A program made the translations under genes and the position numbers. A stretch of DNA of 64,000 bases from a virus. Lineage: Duplodnaviria; Heunggongvirae; Uroviricota; Caudoviricetes. The notes beneath the pieces were generated by a model. That model made no database searches and was not told where the DNA came from. It saw only the letters and a list, made by a program, of their open reading frames with translations. Positions 8,820 through 18,803 of this stretch are shown here, piece after piece. The stretch covers positions 203,468-267,467 of the IMG/VR virus record IMGVR_UViG_3300049460_000121; one strand, 5' to 3'. Numbering within the stretch: position 1 is the stretch's first letter; the number at the start of each line of letters is the position of its first letter.

Positions 8820-8887
8820 ACAGCGGGATTCTATGAGTTCCCCCAAAGGTAACGCTCAGCAACCCTTTTATAGAAGAGAGACGCCCA

Positions 8888-9436
8888 ATGGCTGACAATC
8901 TTACACTGCCTCCCAAAGAGGTAATTTGTGCGCTGATCAACCGTACTAACACTGCGGTAGGTGCTGCACTGACTCCAGCTCTGGTAACGTTCGGTCTGCC
9001 GAGCCAATCCAGCGGTGGTACTTTCAACACCGACCTCACCGTGACCGCGATTGACGGTTCAGGCTATGTCGGGATTGTACCGATCAACTACAACCGTGTG
9101 CACCTGCAAACGGAAATTGCTGATCCGTACGCCGCCAGTGGCGTTGGTCGTAACCTCGACTTCAACATCGGCAGCGCGATCAAGATCGCTGACATGGTTC
9201 CGCAGATCAACGCACGGTTCGGTATCAACCTGACCTCTGCCGACTTCATCGACGGCGACCTGCCTACCTTCGTTGGTGGGGCGAACGAGACTCATCCCGT
9301 CCAGGTCATCGCCAACGCCGACTCCCTCTGCTACCGCGGCAGCTTCACCTTCACCCTGATGGCTGAAGACATCGAGCTGAGCACCGTGATTGTCGAGACG
9401 GTCATGAACGGCCTGACCTACGCTCCACCGGTCTAA
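8888..9436 (+). CDS. paralogue family A member (182 aa)
   Basis: N-domain PPKEVICALINRTN...NTDLTVTA...GYVG...NYNRVHL. Confidence 0.6.
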   Translation: MADNLTLPPKEVICALINRTNTAVGAALTPALVTFGLPSQSSGGTFNTDLTVTAIDGSGYVGIVPINYNRVHLQTEIADPYAASGVGRNLDFNIGSAIKIADMVPQINARFGINLTSADFIDGDLPTFVGGANETHPVQVIANADSLCYRGSFTFTLMAEDIELSTVIVETVMNGLTYAPPV

Positions 9437-9453
9437 TCATTCAGTACTGCACA

Positions 9454-9484
9454 GATGAGGGGTGGGTTCGCCCCACCCCTCATC
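9454..9484 (+). other. intergenic stem-loop within the plus-strand array (GATGAGGGGTGGG-ttcg-CCCACCCCTCATC)
   Basis: Perfect 13-bp stem with no U-tract. Possibly an RNA processing or stability element. Confidence 0.4.
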
Positions 9485-9511
9485 TAGTCTGTCCGGCCCA
9501 GGAGACTCCCT

Positions 9512-10300
9512 ATGTTCCTTTTACCAGACGGGTCGAAGCAGTCACTGATCGACGCCGTGAACGATGTCAATACGTTCCCAGTTGCATTCACCGCAGCCGA
9601 CCTTTATTTCGGCAAAGTCAAGATCGAAAGCAACGGCCACGTCAGTGTGCCTGCTGTCACTATGTACAACAGCGAGTTCGAGGGTTACATCCGCCTGAAC
9701 TATCAGCGGCTTGACCTCGGCAAAGTGTACGGGACCATCAAGCCCAAGATTCGCCGGGTAGGTTATCCTACGTTGTACCGTCTACTGCCAATCATCAACG
9801 AAACTCTCGGTCTCAGTTTGACTGAAGAGGACGTGGTGGACATTTCCATCACATGGCTGAACGATAACGAGCAGATCAACATCCCGGTTATCGCCAAAGC
9901 GAACTCCCTCGGTTTCGAAGGACAGTTCATGCTGGAGTACACTCGAGTTCGTCCTGAGTTGGCAACACTGGCCATCAAGACCCTCAACGTACTGAAGCAT
10001 CCTATCGAGCCAGCGCTGGGTAAGAAATCCCTAGCGATGATGACGTGGGGTATCGACTTCACCGATGACATGGGTGACTTTGCGCTCAACGCAGGTAGCT
10101 GGCGGTTCCAAGATCGGGTTGAGGCTCGTATGGCGGAGTTGGGATTCCCTAACTGGCCACGGCCACCGTACTGGACGCTGACGGCCGTCCCCACATCGCA
10201 AGTCCCATTGGCCAACCAAGAGTTTGAGTATGTGATCGTCCAAAAGGACATCGTTCTCGCAGACCACATTGGCGATGGCTACATCCACTTCAATCGTTAG
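9512..10300 (+). CDS. paralogue family A member (262 aa; C-terminal YIHFNR)
   Basis: AGGAG SD. N-domain plus the C-terminal HYN-type motif. Confidence 0.6.
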   Translation: MFLLPDGSKQSLIDAVNDVNTFPVAFTAADLYFGKVKIESNGHVSVPAVTMYNSEFEGYIRLNYQRLDLGKVYGTIKPKIRRVGYPTLYRLLPIINETLGLSLTEEDVVDISITWLNDNEQINIPVIAKANSLGFEGQFMLEYTRVRPELATLAIKTLNVLKHPIEPALGKKSLAMMTWGIDFTDDMGDFALNAGSWRFQDRVEARMAELGFPNWPRPPYWTLTAVPTSQVPLANQEFEYVIVQKDIVLADHIGDGYIHFNR

Positions 10301-10315
10301 TGAGAGGCTCCATCC

Positions 10316-11143
10316 ATGGCCTTGTATCCAGATCCGCTCGATTCCATCTTGGCGTCGATCAAATCGCTTAATAGCGGGACAGAGCTTGGGCGGGACGAAT
10401 ACATCTTCGACGCGCCTGTAGCCATCCCTCCAGAAGCCGGTGGTATCAACACCAGCCTGAGGATCTCGCAGAACGGCCCTACAAGCCCGTATGCGGGCGA
10501 AGTGACTGTAAAGCATATCCGACTCAACCTCGATGACTTGCGCATCCTGGTGCCTTCCGACATCCGCGTCAGTGGCGTCACCACCACGCTCGAGTTTGCC
10601 ACCCAGTTGAACCGTATCTACGGGACCAACATCGGCGCGTCTGACATCGAGACCACTGGGATGGCTCTGACGGATGGTGTCGGCACCATCACCCTGACGG
10701 CTAAGCCAGCGTCACGGGCATGGATTGGCACTGTAACCTTCAACGTTACTCCCGGCCGTTTCCAGTTGGCCGATTACCTGACCGATACTACCCTCGACGG
10801 TCTGCAATATCCAGACCCGTATGAAGGTAAAGCGTTCGGTAACGCTTATGCTTACTGGCGCAACTTCTCCGATCAATTCACCGCCCTCGAAACGATCACT
10901 GTCGAGTCTCCGGACTGGACTGCCATCAAAGATGTACTGGTTGCGGTCACTACCGACGCCTGGGTACTCACTGGCAGCTCACGGTTCTCGCTGGAAGGCG
11001 CTGAGGTGCTGTATGTAGGCGCGGTAGCCGGTTACCCTGAGCTGAACCAGACTTACGACAAAGCGGTGGTCCTGAAGCTCGGTGCAGCCTGCCTGGGTTA
11101 CTCGGGTCGGATGTTCCTGCACTATAACGAACCGGACGAGTGA
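10316..11143 (+). CDS. paralogue family A member (275 aa; C-terminal FLHYNEPDE)
   Basis: Family motifs at both termini. Confidence 0.6.
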   Translation: MALYPDPLDSILASIKSLNSGTELGRDEYIFDAPVAIPPEAGGINTSLRISQNGPTSPYAGEVTVKHIRLNLDDLRILVPSDIRVSGVTTTLEFATQLNRIYGTNIGASDIETTGMALTDGVGTITLTAKPASRAWIGTVTFNVTPGRFQLADYLTDTTLDGLQYPDPYEGKAFGNAYAYWRNFSDQFTALETITVESPDWTAIKDVLVAVTTDAWVLTGSSRFSLEGAEVLYVGAVAGYPELNQTYDKAVVLKLGAACLGYSGRMFLHYNEPDE

Positions 11144-11151
11144 GGTGACCG

Positions 11152-11934
11152 ATGAACAGCGCAGATAAGATTCGTCAGCTGCTCAACGATTCGAACCTAC
11201 CGCCGAAAGAGTTCACCTCCGTCAACTTGCGGATGGATCTACCGATCCTTGAGCTTGGCGAAGGCTACAACACCAAGCTAGGCCTTGAAGGTATCCCAGG
11301 TCGTGGCTATTACGGCCCGGCTGAAGTCTTCTATCGCCGTATCGACCTCAGTACGATCAATCGCCAGACGCCGGTGCGGACGACCATCCCTCTGACGGCT
11401 CAGGTGGTGTTGGACCTCTTCAATGCGGTCACAGCGCTGTTCCTGACGCTGGAAGACGTTGAACCTTTTACCCCACCGGTGTTGAATGATGGGGATAGTG
11501 GTGAAGTCACCATTGTCGCGGTAGAGAACTCGTTGGGCTTTACTGGTTCGGCTGTCATTCCGTTGGAGTTTGGACGGTCGTGGTTGGATTCGGTGGTGGG
11601 GAGTCGTATCCTCCCTGTCCTCAAGCATCCGATCGTGAAACTCGACTATCGGCAATCGGCTCGCATGCTGACGTGGTCCAAGGACTTCACCTGCTTGCGC
11701 GACAGCCTCTTGCCGAACACGATCAGTCAGTACTCTGATTGGTCAACGTTAAATGCCGCATGTTTGGAGATGGGAATCCCGCCTTGGGTTCAGGCTGGCA
11801 TTAGCGATAACGCCACCAGCGATATTCTGGATAGTAACCCACTGTTTGATCGGGTGGTCATCCAACGTAACGTGCTGAGCGCCTCGATGCTGGGTGATCT
11901 TTATTTCCATTACAATATCCTCGAAGAGGTTTAA
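11152..11934 (+). CDS. paralogue family A member (260 aa; C-terminal YFHYNILEEV)
   Basis: GAGGTGA SD; the N-domain includes LPPKEF as in 8888. Confidence 0.6.
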   Translation: MNSADKIRQLLNDSNLPPKEFTSVNLRMDLPILELGEGYNTKLGLEGIPGRGYYGPAEVFYRRIDLSTINRQTPVRTTIPLTAQVVLDLFNAVTALFLTLEDVEPFTPPVLNDGDSGEVTIVAVENSLGFTGSAVIPLEFGRSWLDSVVGSRILPVLKHPIVKLDYRQSARMLTWSKDFTCLRDSLLPNTISQYSDWSTLNAACLEMGIPPWVQAGISDNATSDILDSNPLFDRVVIQRNVLSASMLGDLYFHYNILEEV

Positions 11935-11936
11935 CC

Positions 11937-12878
11937 ATGCCACTTTACAACAAGCCGTCCAAGGCGTTGGTCTATGACCTCATCAACGAGGCTAACCCAA
12001 CGCTGCCGATTCCGCTTACGGTTGCGAACACCAAGCTGAGTGATCCAGCACCGGCAACGGTTCCTGGTAACGCGGCAATGAATACGGTGATCACGGTCAG
12101 TGCAGCCTCAGCCGATTACATCGGTCGTAAGCCACTGAACTACCGTCGTCTGTCGTTCAACAACCTGTTCCGCGGTATCACGGTACAGATCAACAAGTAC
12201 TCGGCGAACCAGACCGCATCCAACTCCGTGGTATTCACCCTGTACAACCTGTTGCCAATCATCAACACGATCTACGGCCTCAATCTGAGCGAAGACGACG
12301 TCACCAACGTCAACATTCTTCGAGGCACCGTCCAGGAGAATGGGTTCTACACCTCCACGGTGACAGTGACTGCCAAGGCTACCAGTCTCGGTTACATCGG
12401 CTCGTTCTCACTCAAATGGCGCAGTGCTCCACAAGAGCTCGAGTCCATGATTACCGTAACCGACCTGGCTGCTCGTTCGTTCCCAGGCGGCAACACCTTC
12501 GATGGCGGTCACCCAGTTGTCGTCGACAACATGGCGTACGGTATCGACTGGACCGCGTTCATCGCCACCGCGCCGTGGGGTAACTTCCCAGGTAACCTGA
12601 TCGCGGGTGGTGAGACCCCAGCGTTCGGTAACCGGTTCATCGCTGAACTCAACCGGCTGTATGGCAAGAACCTGGTGGGTTCGTACAACAACGCTCCAGC
12701 ATACGCCTACTTGGATTGGGGCACTGCGGTGTACGACCTCTCCACTCAAGCCGGCCGCGATGCCGCTCCGTTGGCCAACTCTACGTACTACAACCGCGTG
12801 CTTATCTGGACCATTCCAACGTATGACACCGCGCGTGGTGCTGGTATCGGCCAACACTACATCCACTTCAACGTCTGA
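11937..12878 (+). CDS. paralogue family A member (313 aa; C-terminal YIHFNV)
   Basis: Family motifs present. Confidence 0.6.
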   Translation: MPLYNKPSKALVYDLINEANPTLPIPLTVANTKLSDPAPATVPGNAAMNTVITVSAASADYIGRKPLNYRRLSFNNLFRGITVQINKYSANQTASNSVVFTLYNLLPIINTIYGLNLSEDDVTNVNILRGTVQENGFYTSTVTVTAKATSLGYIGSFSLKWRSAPQELESMITVTDLAARSFPGGNTFDGGHPVVVDNMAYGIDWTAFIATAPWGNFPGNLIAGGETPAFGNRFIAELNRLYGKNLVGSYNNAPAYAYLDWGTAVYDLSTQAGRDAAPLANSTYYNRVLIWTIPTYDTARGAGIGQHYIHFNV

Positions 12879-12889
12879 GGATAGATCTA

Positions 12890-13762
12890 ATGTCTTACAT
12901 GACTCCGTCACTCACCGACTTCTTGAAGGCGCTCAACACCGCCAACTCGACGGCGTACACGGTCAACGACATCACCTTCGGCGTGCCTCAAGCGCTCTCC
13001 GGGACCTGGCAAGGTCAGGTGACCACCCGCAACACCGGCGTTCGCGTCACTGCCAAAGCCGGTGGTCCGTATCAGGGCAAGCGTGACCTCACCTACGATC
13101 GCCTGAACTTGGCGTCGTTGACGGCTACTAACCTCGCCGGCTTCCAATGCTCGGCGTACAACATCACCACAGTACACACCCTGTTGCCGATGCTGAAGTA
13201 TTGGACAGGCATTCAGTTCACCACCGATGACCTGGAGAACAATCCCCTGGTCGACAACGGTGACAACACCAGCACCACCACCTTGACTGCAAAGGCTGGC
13301 AGTTTGGGCTGGATTGGTAGTGCGACTCTGATCGTCACCCGTGGTGCGGCTCCGATCGATCAGTTGGTTACGGTTACCTCGTTGAACGGTCTGAACTACC
13401 CGACTGCCAACGATCAGGACACCTTCGGTGCCCTGTACCTGTACCCGTACGATTACACCAGCTACTTCAGCACGATGTCGGCAATTGCTCCAGGTGTCAT
13501 CGCCGGTACTCAAGCAGACGCTCTCGTAGCCATGCTGCTGGCGACCGACCTTGGCGCAGGCAAAGCGTTGTGGGTAAACAACCCTGGCGTGACGGCATGG
13601 AACCTGGCTGGCGCAACAGTGGTTAGCAACGGCCTGAACACCCCAGCCCTACCAACCAACTCCACGTACAAGTACGTGATGGGTCTGCAACTGGATCCGG
13701 CTGTGTTGACTCCTGCTGGTCTGATGTACCTCCACTACAACGATCCGTTCGACGCGGCGTAA
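12890..13762 (+). CDS. paralogue family A member (290 aa; C-terminal STYKY...YLHYNDPFDAA)
   Basis: GAGGA SD; full two-domain architecture. Confidence 0.6.
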   Translation: MSYMTPSLTDFLKALNTANSTAYTVNDITFGVPQALSGTWQGQVTTRNTGVRVTAKAGGPYQGKRDLTYDRLNLASLTATNLAGFQCSAYNITTVHTLLPMLKYWTGIQFTTDDLENNPLVDNGDNTSTTTLTAKAGSLGWIGSATLIVTRGAAPIDQLVTVTSLNGLNYPTANDQDTFGALYLYPYDYTSYFSTMSAIAPGVIAGTQADALVAMLLATDLGAGKALWVNNPGVTAWNLAGATVVSNGLNTPALPTNSTYKYVMGLQLDPAVLTPAGLMYLHYNDPFDAA

Positions 13763-13764
13763 GT

Positions 13765-13796
13765 GGGCATAGACGAGTACCAAGCGGTACTCGTCT
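13765..13796 (+). other. plus-oriented GCATAGA-plus-hairpin module (AGACGAGTAC-caagcg-GTACTCGTCT) without U-tract
   Basis: Carries the same GCATAGA-hairpin signature as the minus-strand terminators, but on the plus strand inside the array. Confidence 0.4.
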
Positions 13797-13819
13797 ACTT
13801 ATCCATTGGGAGACTAATC

Positions 13820-14842
13820 ATGCTTCGTGCAATTATTGGATTCGATCACATCGGCAAGAACTTGGCCGAAGCCGCATGGCTACCGAACTGCGGGTATGCC
13901 ATCACTCACAGTGCCGGTAATAAACAATTCCTCATCTCGTCAGACGCTAGCCTCAGTGTGGCGGCTGGTGTTTCGTCCGGGTACGCTCAGTCGGTCTTTG
14001 ACCTCAGTCCATTTTTGGTTCCCGGCATCTCCACCCTGTCAGTCGGCATTCGGTTCAAGACCCTCGTTGCTGGTAATTCTGGCCAGATGTTTTTTATCGG
14101 GACGACCGTAGCCGTCTCCGACCCCCAGTTCATCGCCAACTACGCCGATATGCCAGCCGCCGCTCAACTAGCCGGCGGTGAAACGTATCTGGAGGTGGTT
14201 TACAACCTGACGGCTGGGACGTACAGTGTTTACTGGGACGATGTCCTAAAGGGTACGTATACAACCGCCACCATCAACCAAACCAGTCTAAAAGCTGGTA
14301 AGTTGGTACTAATCATGGAACACACCGGCCCTAGCCAGAGCGGTGTGACGGCTTATCGCGACATCGTGATCGTTGACGATCTCCCAGGCGATGGCTACGT
14401 CACTCGCCTGGGTCCTCGGGTCATTTATCCAGTGACGTTGGATTCGGCATCCGGAACAGACTGGACCAGCAGTGATGGGTCTGGGTTCCTGACAGCCCTT
14501 AATGTACCGATTGAGACTGCTGGTGCTGCAACCCTGACATCGGGTCCAAGTAAAGTGCCATTGGTCACCAGCCTCAAGGCAGCTACCTTGCCGACACAAA
14601 ACACGATCGTCGACGGTGTCTTCATCATGGCTGCCGGTAAGACCGACATCTCGTCAGCGTTGGTGGGTAGTACATTGACCAACGGCGCTAAGTCCATCAA
14701 GGGACAGTCGAAGACATTCACCACAACGCTGAAATACGGTAACCCATTAGGGATGTTTGCTCGAGCTCCAGATGGTAGTCGTTGGACTGCCGCTTCCATC
14801 GACGCGACATCACTCAGTCTGACTCCTGACGTAGCGAGTTAA
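13820..14842 (+). CDS. paralogue family B member (340 aa; N-terminus MLRAIIGFDHIG, C-terminus W.AASIDATSLSLTPD)
   Basis: Start placed at the Met that has a GGGAGA SD, which matches the N-termini of the other family-B genes. Confidence 0.6.
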   Translation: MLRAIIGFDHIGKNLAEAAWLPNCGYAITHSAGNKQFLISSDASLSVAAGVSSGYAQSVFDLSPFLVPGISTLSVGIRFKTLVAGNSGQMFFIGTTVAVSDPQFIANYADMPAAAQLAGGETYLEVVYNLTAGTYSVYWDDVLKGTYTTATINQTSLKAGKLVLIMEHTGPSQSGVTAYRDIVIVDDLPGDGYVTRLGPRVIYPVTLDSASGTDWTSSDGSGFLTALNVPIETAGAATLTSGPSKVPLVTSLKAATLPTQNTIVDGVFIMAAGKTDISSALVGSTLTNGAKSIKGQSKTFTTTLKYGNPLGMFARAPDGSRWTAASIDATSLSLTPDVAS

Positions 14843-14845
14843 ACC

Positions 14846-15859
14846 ATGACTCTAACTGTAAGGGCAGTGACAGGGTATGCGGTAGCCCGACCGGCGTCAA
14901 GTGTGACGGTACGTTCGATCAATGCTTACGCCTTGGTCAACCCCGCCCCACTTGTGCCAGGTCCGCCAGCGCCAACCGATTATCACGCCGATCAGATCGA
15001 TATTCTGTATGACCTGATCGAGAAGAGCAACCCAGGGTTTAAAGCCCAGTATCCGAAAGGGAAACTTCTATTCGGTGTTCCGTCTACGGTTGCATTGGTT
15101 CCAAGCGATCCTTATAAGACAGATACGTCGATATTGATCTCCCCTGCTCCTGGCAGCGGTGTTGTAGGTAGCCAGACTGTACGCTACCGACGGATTGACG
15201 TTGGTGTCATCTTCAAACACATGACGCTGAAGATGAGCGACTATTCGGTCACCACGACGTTGGCGGTAGCCACTTGGAAGGCTTCTTTCATTAAGAAGTT
15301 CGGCGTCAGCATTCCTGCGGCCGATATCACCAATAGCGCTGTCTTGACCTCGGGTGTGTTGACTAACATCAACATCGCCACTACCAGCCTTTGCTATAAA
15401 GGTACGGTACAGCTGACGTGGACTGTGGGCGCTCGACCGTTCCCTAGCTTCATCACGGATGCGAACCGGGCATTGGTCGGTCGACTCTACCCAGGCGGTA
15501 ACGACTTCAGTGGCGCGCGAAAGCCACAAGGTGAGTTTCAGGCGTACTGTCAAGATGCCTCAGCCATTGGCGCAACGATCGAAGCGTACGCTGCGGTGTT
15601 CAACGTAGGGGCGGGTGATAACACCGCCGCCACCAAGTCGCTGATCGATTGGCTGAACTCGACTACTGGACGTACGAACTGGTCTACAGCAGCATCGACT
15701 ACCGATGGCGGGATTGGCGGGATTACGTGGTACAGGTACACGATACCGTCAGCGCCCGTCCCTGAGGCCAACTCGGCTAAGTATAACCGTTGCTTGGTTA
15801 TCCAGGGTGTCGCGGGTAGTTGGTTCGGCGGCAAGATCATCATCCACTACAACGTGTAG
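14846..15859 (+). CDS. paralogue family A member with N-terminal GYAL-type peptide repeats (337 aa; C-terminal IIIHYNV)
   Basis: N-terminal repeats VTGYAVARP and INAYALVNP are followed by the family-A N-domain (LYDLIEKSN...). Confidence 0.55.
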   Translation: MTLTVRAVTGYAVARPASSVTVRSINAYALVNPAPLVPGPPAPTDYHADQIDILYDLIEKSNPGFKAQYPKGKLLFGVPSTVALVPSDPYKTDTSILISPAPGSGVVGSQTVRYRRIDVGVIFKHMTLKMSDYSVTTTLAVATWKASFIKKFGVSIPAADITNSAVLTSGVLTNINIATTSLCYKGTVQLTWTVGARPFPSFITDANRALVGRLYPGGNDFSGARKPQGEFQAYCQDASAIGATIEAYAAVFNVGAGDNTAATKSLIDWLNSTTGRTNWSTAASTTDGGIGGITWYRYTIPSAPVPEANSAKYNRCLVIQGVAGSWFGGKIIIHYNV

Positions 15860-15867
15860 GGTCCGTC

Positions 15868-16362
15868 ATGGGTATTTTCGTATCAAGCCAGGCGGACTTG
15901 ATTGCGATGATCAACATTGCGAGCGGTGTTACATTCACCGCTTCCGACTTGGTCTTCGGAACACCAAGAGCCGCTACCTCTGCTGAGATCACTCAGTACG
16001 GTAAAAACACCGCTATCCCTGTCCGTGGTTCCGACACTTCAACGTTGGTGTCAGGTTCCACGCTGTTCTTCTACGACCGCCTGAACTTACAGCCACTCGA
16101 GAAATTCGACCTGACTACGTGCTACTGTAGCGACGGTTTGGCGATGGCTGCATGGGTACCTATCGTTACCAACTATCTGAACGTTCCTCTCACGGTTGGT
16201 AATTTGGTCGAACACGCATCGTCAACGGTCAACGGTAAAGTGACGGTACAGCTGGAAGCGACCGCAGCTAGTTTGGGATGGTTCGGAACAGCCACGTTGA
16301 AGTTCGGTGGATATCCTGACATCGCGACAGCCTTCTCCGATAATAAATTGACTGGCTTCTAA
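15868..16362 (+). CDS. family A N-domain-only ORF (164 aa) - 5' half of a split member
   Basis: Contains the N-domain motif and ends without the C-domain. The next ORF supplies the C-domain. Confidence 0.5.
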   Translation: MGIFVSSQADLIAMINIASGVTFTASDLVFGTPRAATSAEITQYGKNTAIPVRGSDTSTLVSGSTLFFYDRLNLQPLEKFDLTTCYCSDGLAMAAWVPIVTNYLNVPLTVGNLVEHASSTVNGKVTVQLEATAASLGWFGTATLKFGGYPDIATAFSDNKLTGF

Positions 16363-16377
16363 GCCGAGGGTATCACC

Positions 16378-16767
16378 ATGCAAGATTGGCCGAATTACCT
16401 GATCCGTCAGGACTTCACCGAACTGGGTATCATGCTGCGCGATATCCCATTGGGTCCGCTGAATGAAGCCGACCAACGACTGGTAGCTCAGATCTTGTCC
16501 GAATCCGGTCCTACGACCGACGCGGGTAAGTGGAACATGGACGAGCACGCCACGGAGTACAGCCTGAACGGTGCTGAGGTCGTGTACAACGAACTCAACC
16601 ACCGTGACCTCCCTACCTTCAGCACTTACAAGTACGCCCTCGGGTTGCGCTTCCCAGAACGTTCTACCGGCCCTGTTGGTACACTCTACTTCTGCTGGCA
16701 TGATCCAGTAGTAGAGGCGCCTGCCGAAGAACCTCCTGTCGAAACCGAACCTGTGGCTGAGGAGTAA
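16378..16767 (+). CDS. family A C-domain-only ORF (129 aa; STYKYALGL...YFCWHDP) - 3' half of a split member
   Basis: Aligns with the C-terminal domain of 12890..13762 (STYKYVMGL...YLHYNDP). Has a Pro/Glu-rich tail. Confidence 0.5.
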   Translation: MQDWPNYLIRQDFTELGIMLRDIPLGPLNEADQRLVAQILSESGPTTDAGKWNMDEHATEYSLNGAEVVYNELNHRDLPTFSTYKYALGLRFPERSTGPVGTLYFCWHDPVVEAPAEEPPVETEPVAEE

Positions 16768-16771
16768 CGAC

Positions 16772-17806
16772 ATGCTTCGTGGAATTTATGGTTTCGACCA
16801 TCTACCAAGAACCCCTGCACCGGTATTGAACGGAGCGATGACGGCGTTCGCTACCTACCTCGGGTATCAGTCGACTGTAGTCAACCCAACCGGACTCGGT
16901 GTGGATCCGGATGGGTTCATTGGCTCGTACGTGGTGGCCGCCACCAACGTCGGGTTCGACATGACTGGTGTGATCCCACCCAACCCAACCAAGGTGACCT
17001 TCGGCTTCCGAATGAAGGTGCTGGCAATTTACGCCAGCGCTCACGGCATTTTATTTATGTCGGACGCACCCACCCCCAACAGTGTCGCATACTACCCACT
17101 CATCCTGACCGCAGCTAACGCTCCGTGGAGTCAGGTCATCGGTAAAGAAACGTACGTCGAGATTACCTACGATTTCGTAGCTTTTACCGCCACCATGGTG
17201 GCTGATGGAGTTACACAGACAGTTACTCAAGGGAACGTCTTCAGTGCTGCGGTTAAAGCTGCAATTGTCGCCGGTACCTTCGCCATCAACTTTGGGTTGA
17301 GTTCAGGTCTTAACAACCGTTACGCTATCCGCGACTTCTACATCGTCGACGCGGTAGCGGGTGATGGCATGACAGGCCCCTTGGGTTCGCAGCGGATGTA
17401 TCCAATCACCCTGGACGCAGCTGCCGGCGCTGGCTGGACTCCGTCGGCTGGCGGTACCGCCCTGGATACGATTAACGCCGCGTTACCAGCCGCACCGTAC
17501 GTGACGTCCCCTGCCGACAAGACTCCGTTGGTCACTAGCCTTAAAACCACAGCACCGGATGGCACCCATGTGAACGGCGTGAGTCTGTTGCTCTCAGGTA
17601 CCAGTACGGGTGACGCAGCTTCGGTCAGTAAGATCGAAATCTCCCAAGGCGGTTCCAACGCTCCTGTTAAATTCATTCCTGTTGCTCGCACGGTTACCTA
17701 CGGTGCTCAAATCGGAATCTATCCTAAAGCCCCGGACGGGACAGTGTGGGATATCGCGAAAATTGATGCGACCACTCTCAAACTGACACCCGACACCAGT
17801 GTCTAA
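16772..17806 (+). CDS. paralogue family B member (344 aa)
   Basis: GGAG SD; N-terminus MLRGIYGFDHLP; C-terminus WDIAKIDATTLKLTPDTSV. Confidence 0.6.
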   Translation: MLRGIYGFDHLPRTPAPVLNGAMTAFATYLGYQSTVVNPTGLGVDPDGFIGSYVVAATNVGFDMTGVIPPNPTKVTFGFRMKVLAIYASAHGILFMSDAPTPNSVAYYPLILTAANAPWSQVIGKETYVEITYDFVAFTATMVADGVTQTVTQGNVFSAAVKAAIVAGTFAINFGLSSGLNNRYAIRDFYIVDAVAGDGMTGPLGSQRMYPITLDAAAGAGWTPSAGGTALDTINAALPAAPYVTSPADKTPLVTSLKTTAPDGTHVNGVSLLLSGTSTGDAASVSKIEISQGGSNAPVKFIPVARTVTYGAQIGIYPKAPDGTVWDIAKIDATTLKLTPDTSV

Positions 17807-17823
17807 TACGAGGTTGTATAATC

Positions 17824-18792
17824 ATGGCAGTTAAAGCAGTTATCGGCTTCGAGCATTTGCCGCAGGGTGACACGTCGTGGATCAACTACGCCACTCACGG
17901 CATGACGCGTAACGCCGACTTGTCGGCACAGACCACCATCGTCAACGGATGGCTTGTGAGTAACGCCACCTCCAGCGGTGCTGAGCGCGTAAGTATCCCA
18001 CTGGACTCGTACCTTCTTACCCCTGTCGCGAAGATCTGGTTCGGGTATCGTTGCCGGATCACCAAGAATGCCAAAGGTGGGGCGGGTCTCGTTTACCTGA
18101 ACGGCACCTACGTCCTCCTCGACACGCTACTTCCAGTAACCGGCAACACCTGCTACATCGAGATGTCGTTCGACCCAAACACCGGTACTGTAGAACGTTG
18201 GATCGATGGCGTTAAAATCGCCAACTCAGCGGCCGGCGCCACACGCACCATGACCCTTGGGCTGGAAGCCAAAGGTAGTTTGAACGGGCAGTACGACTAT
18301 CGCGACTTCTACATCTGCGATGACCAAGGCGCCGGTCAGGGATTTCCTATCGGACCATTGGGTCCACAGATAACCGTCCCTATCACCTGCGACTCAGCAT
18401 CGGGCAGTGATTGGACGACCACCCCTGGCGGTACGGCGTTGGTAGATGCGATCAGCGAACCAGGCGCCATTCCAACGACCAAGATCGCCACGTCCAACGT
18501 CACCACCAAAGGTCCGCTTACGGCCAGCCTGAAAGCCACGATCCCAGGCGGTACCGTCATCACTGCGCTTGAGTTGGTCGCCGGCATCTCTTCCGCAGGT
18601 GCGGCATCTGTTCTCTGTGCGTCTAAAATAAAGTCTGGCGCCAATGAAGTTGCTGGGCGGTCGATTCAAGGTAATGTTGGGTCGTACAACTACAACGGTA
18701 GCGTTGGCGTATTCCACAAAAACCCCGCTGGGGCAACATGGGATGCTGCAAGTATTGACGCCACGGATTTCATCTTATCGCCAGATGCGTAA
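17824..18792 (+). CDS. paralogue family B member (322 aa)
   Basis: N-terminus AVIGFEHLP; C-terminus WDAASIDATDFILSPDA. Confidence 0.6.
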   Translation: MAVKAVIGFEHLPQGDTSWINYATHGMTRNADLSAQTTIVNGWLVSNATSSGAERVSIPLDSYLLTPVAKIWFGYRCRITKNAKGGAGLVYLNGTYVLLDTLLPVTGNTCYIEMSFDPNTGTVERWIDGVKIANSAAGATRTMTLGLEAKGSLNGQYDYRDFYICDDQGAGQGFPIGPLGPQITVPITCDSASGSDWTTTPGGTALVDAISEPGAIPTTKIATSNVTTKGPLTASLKATIPGGTVITALELVAGISSAGAASVLCASKIKSGANEVAGRSIQGNVGSYNYNGSVGVFHKNPAGATWDAASIDATDFILSPDA

Positions 18793-18803
18793 GGGAGTAG
18801 TCC

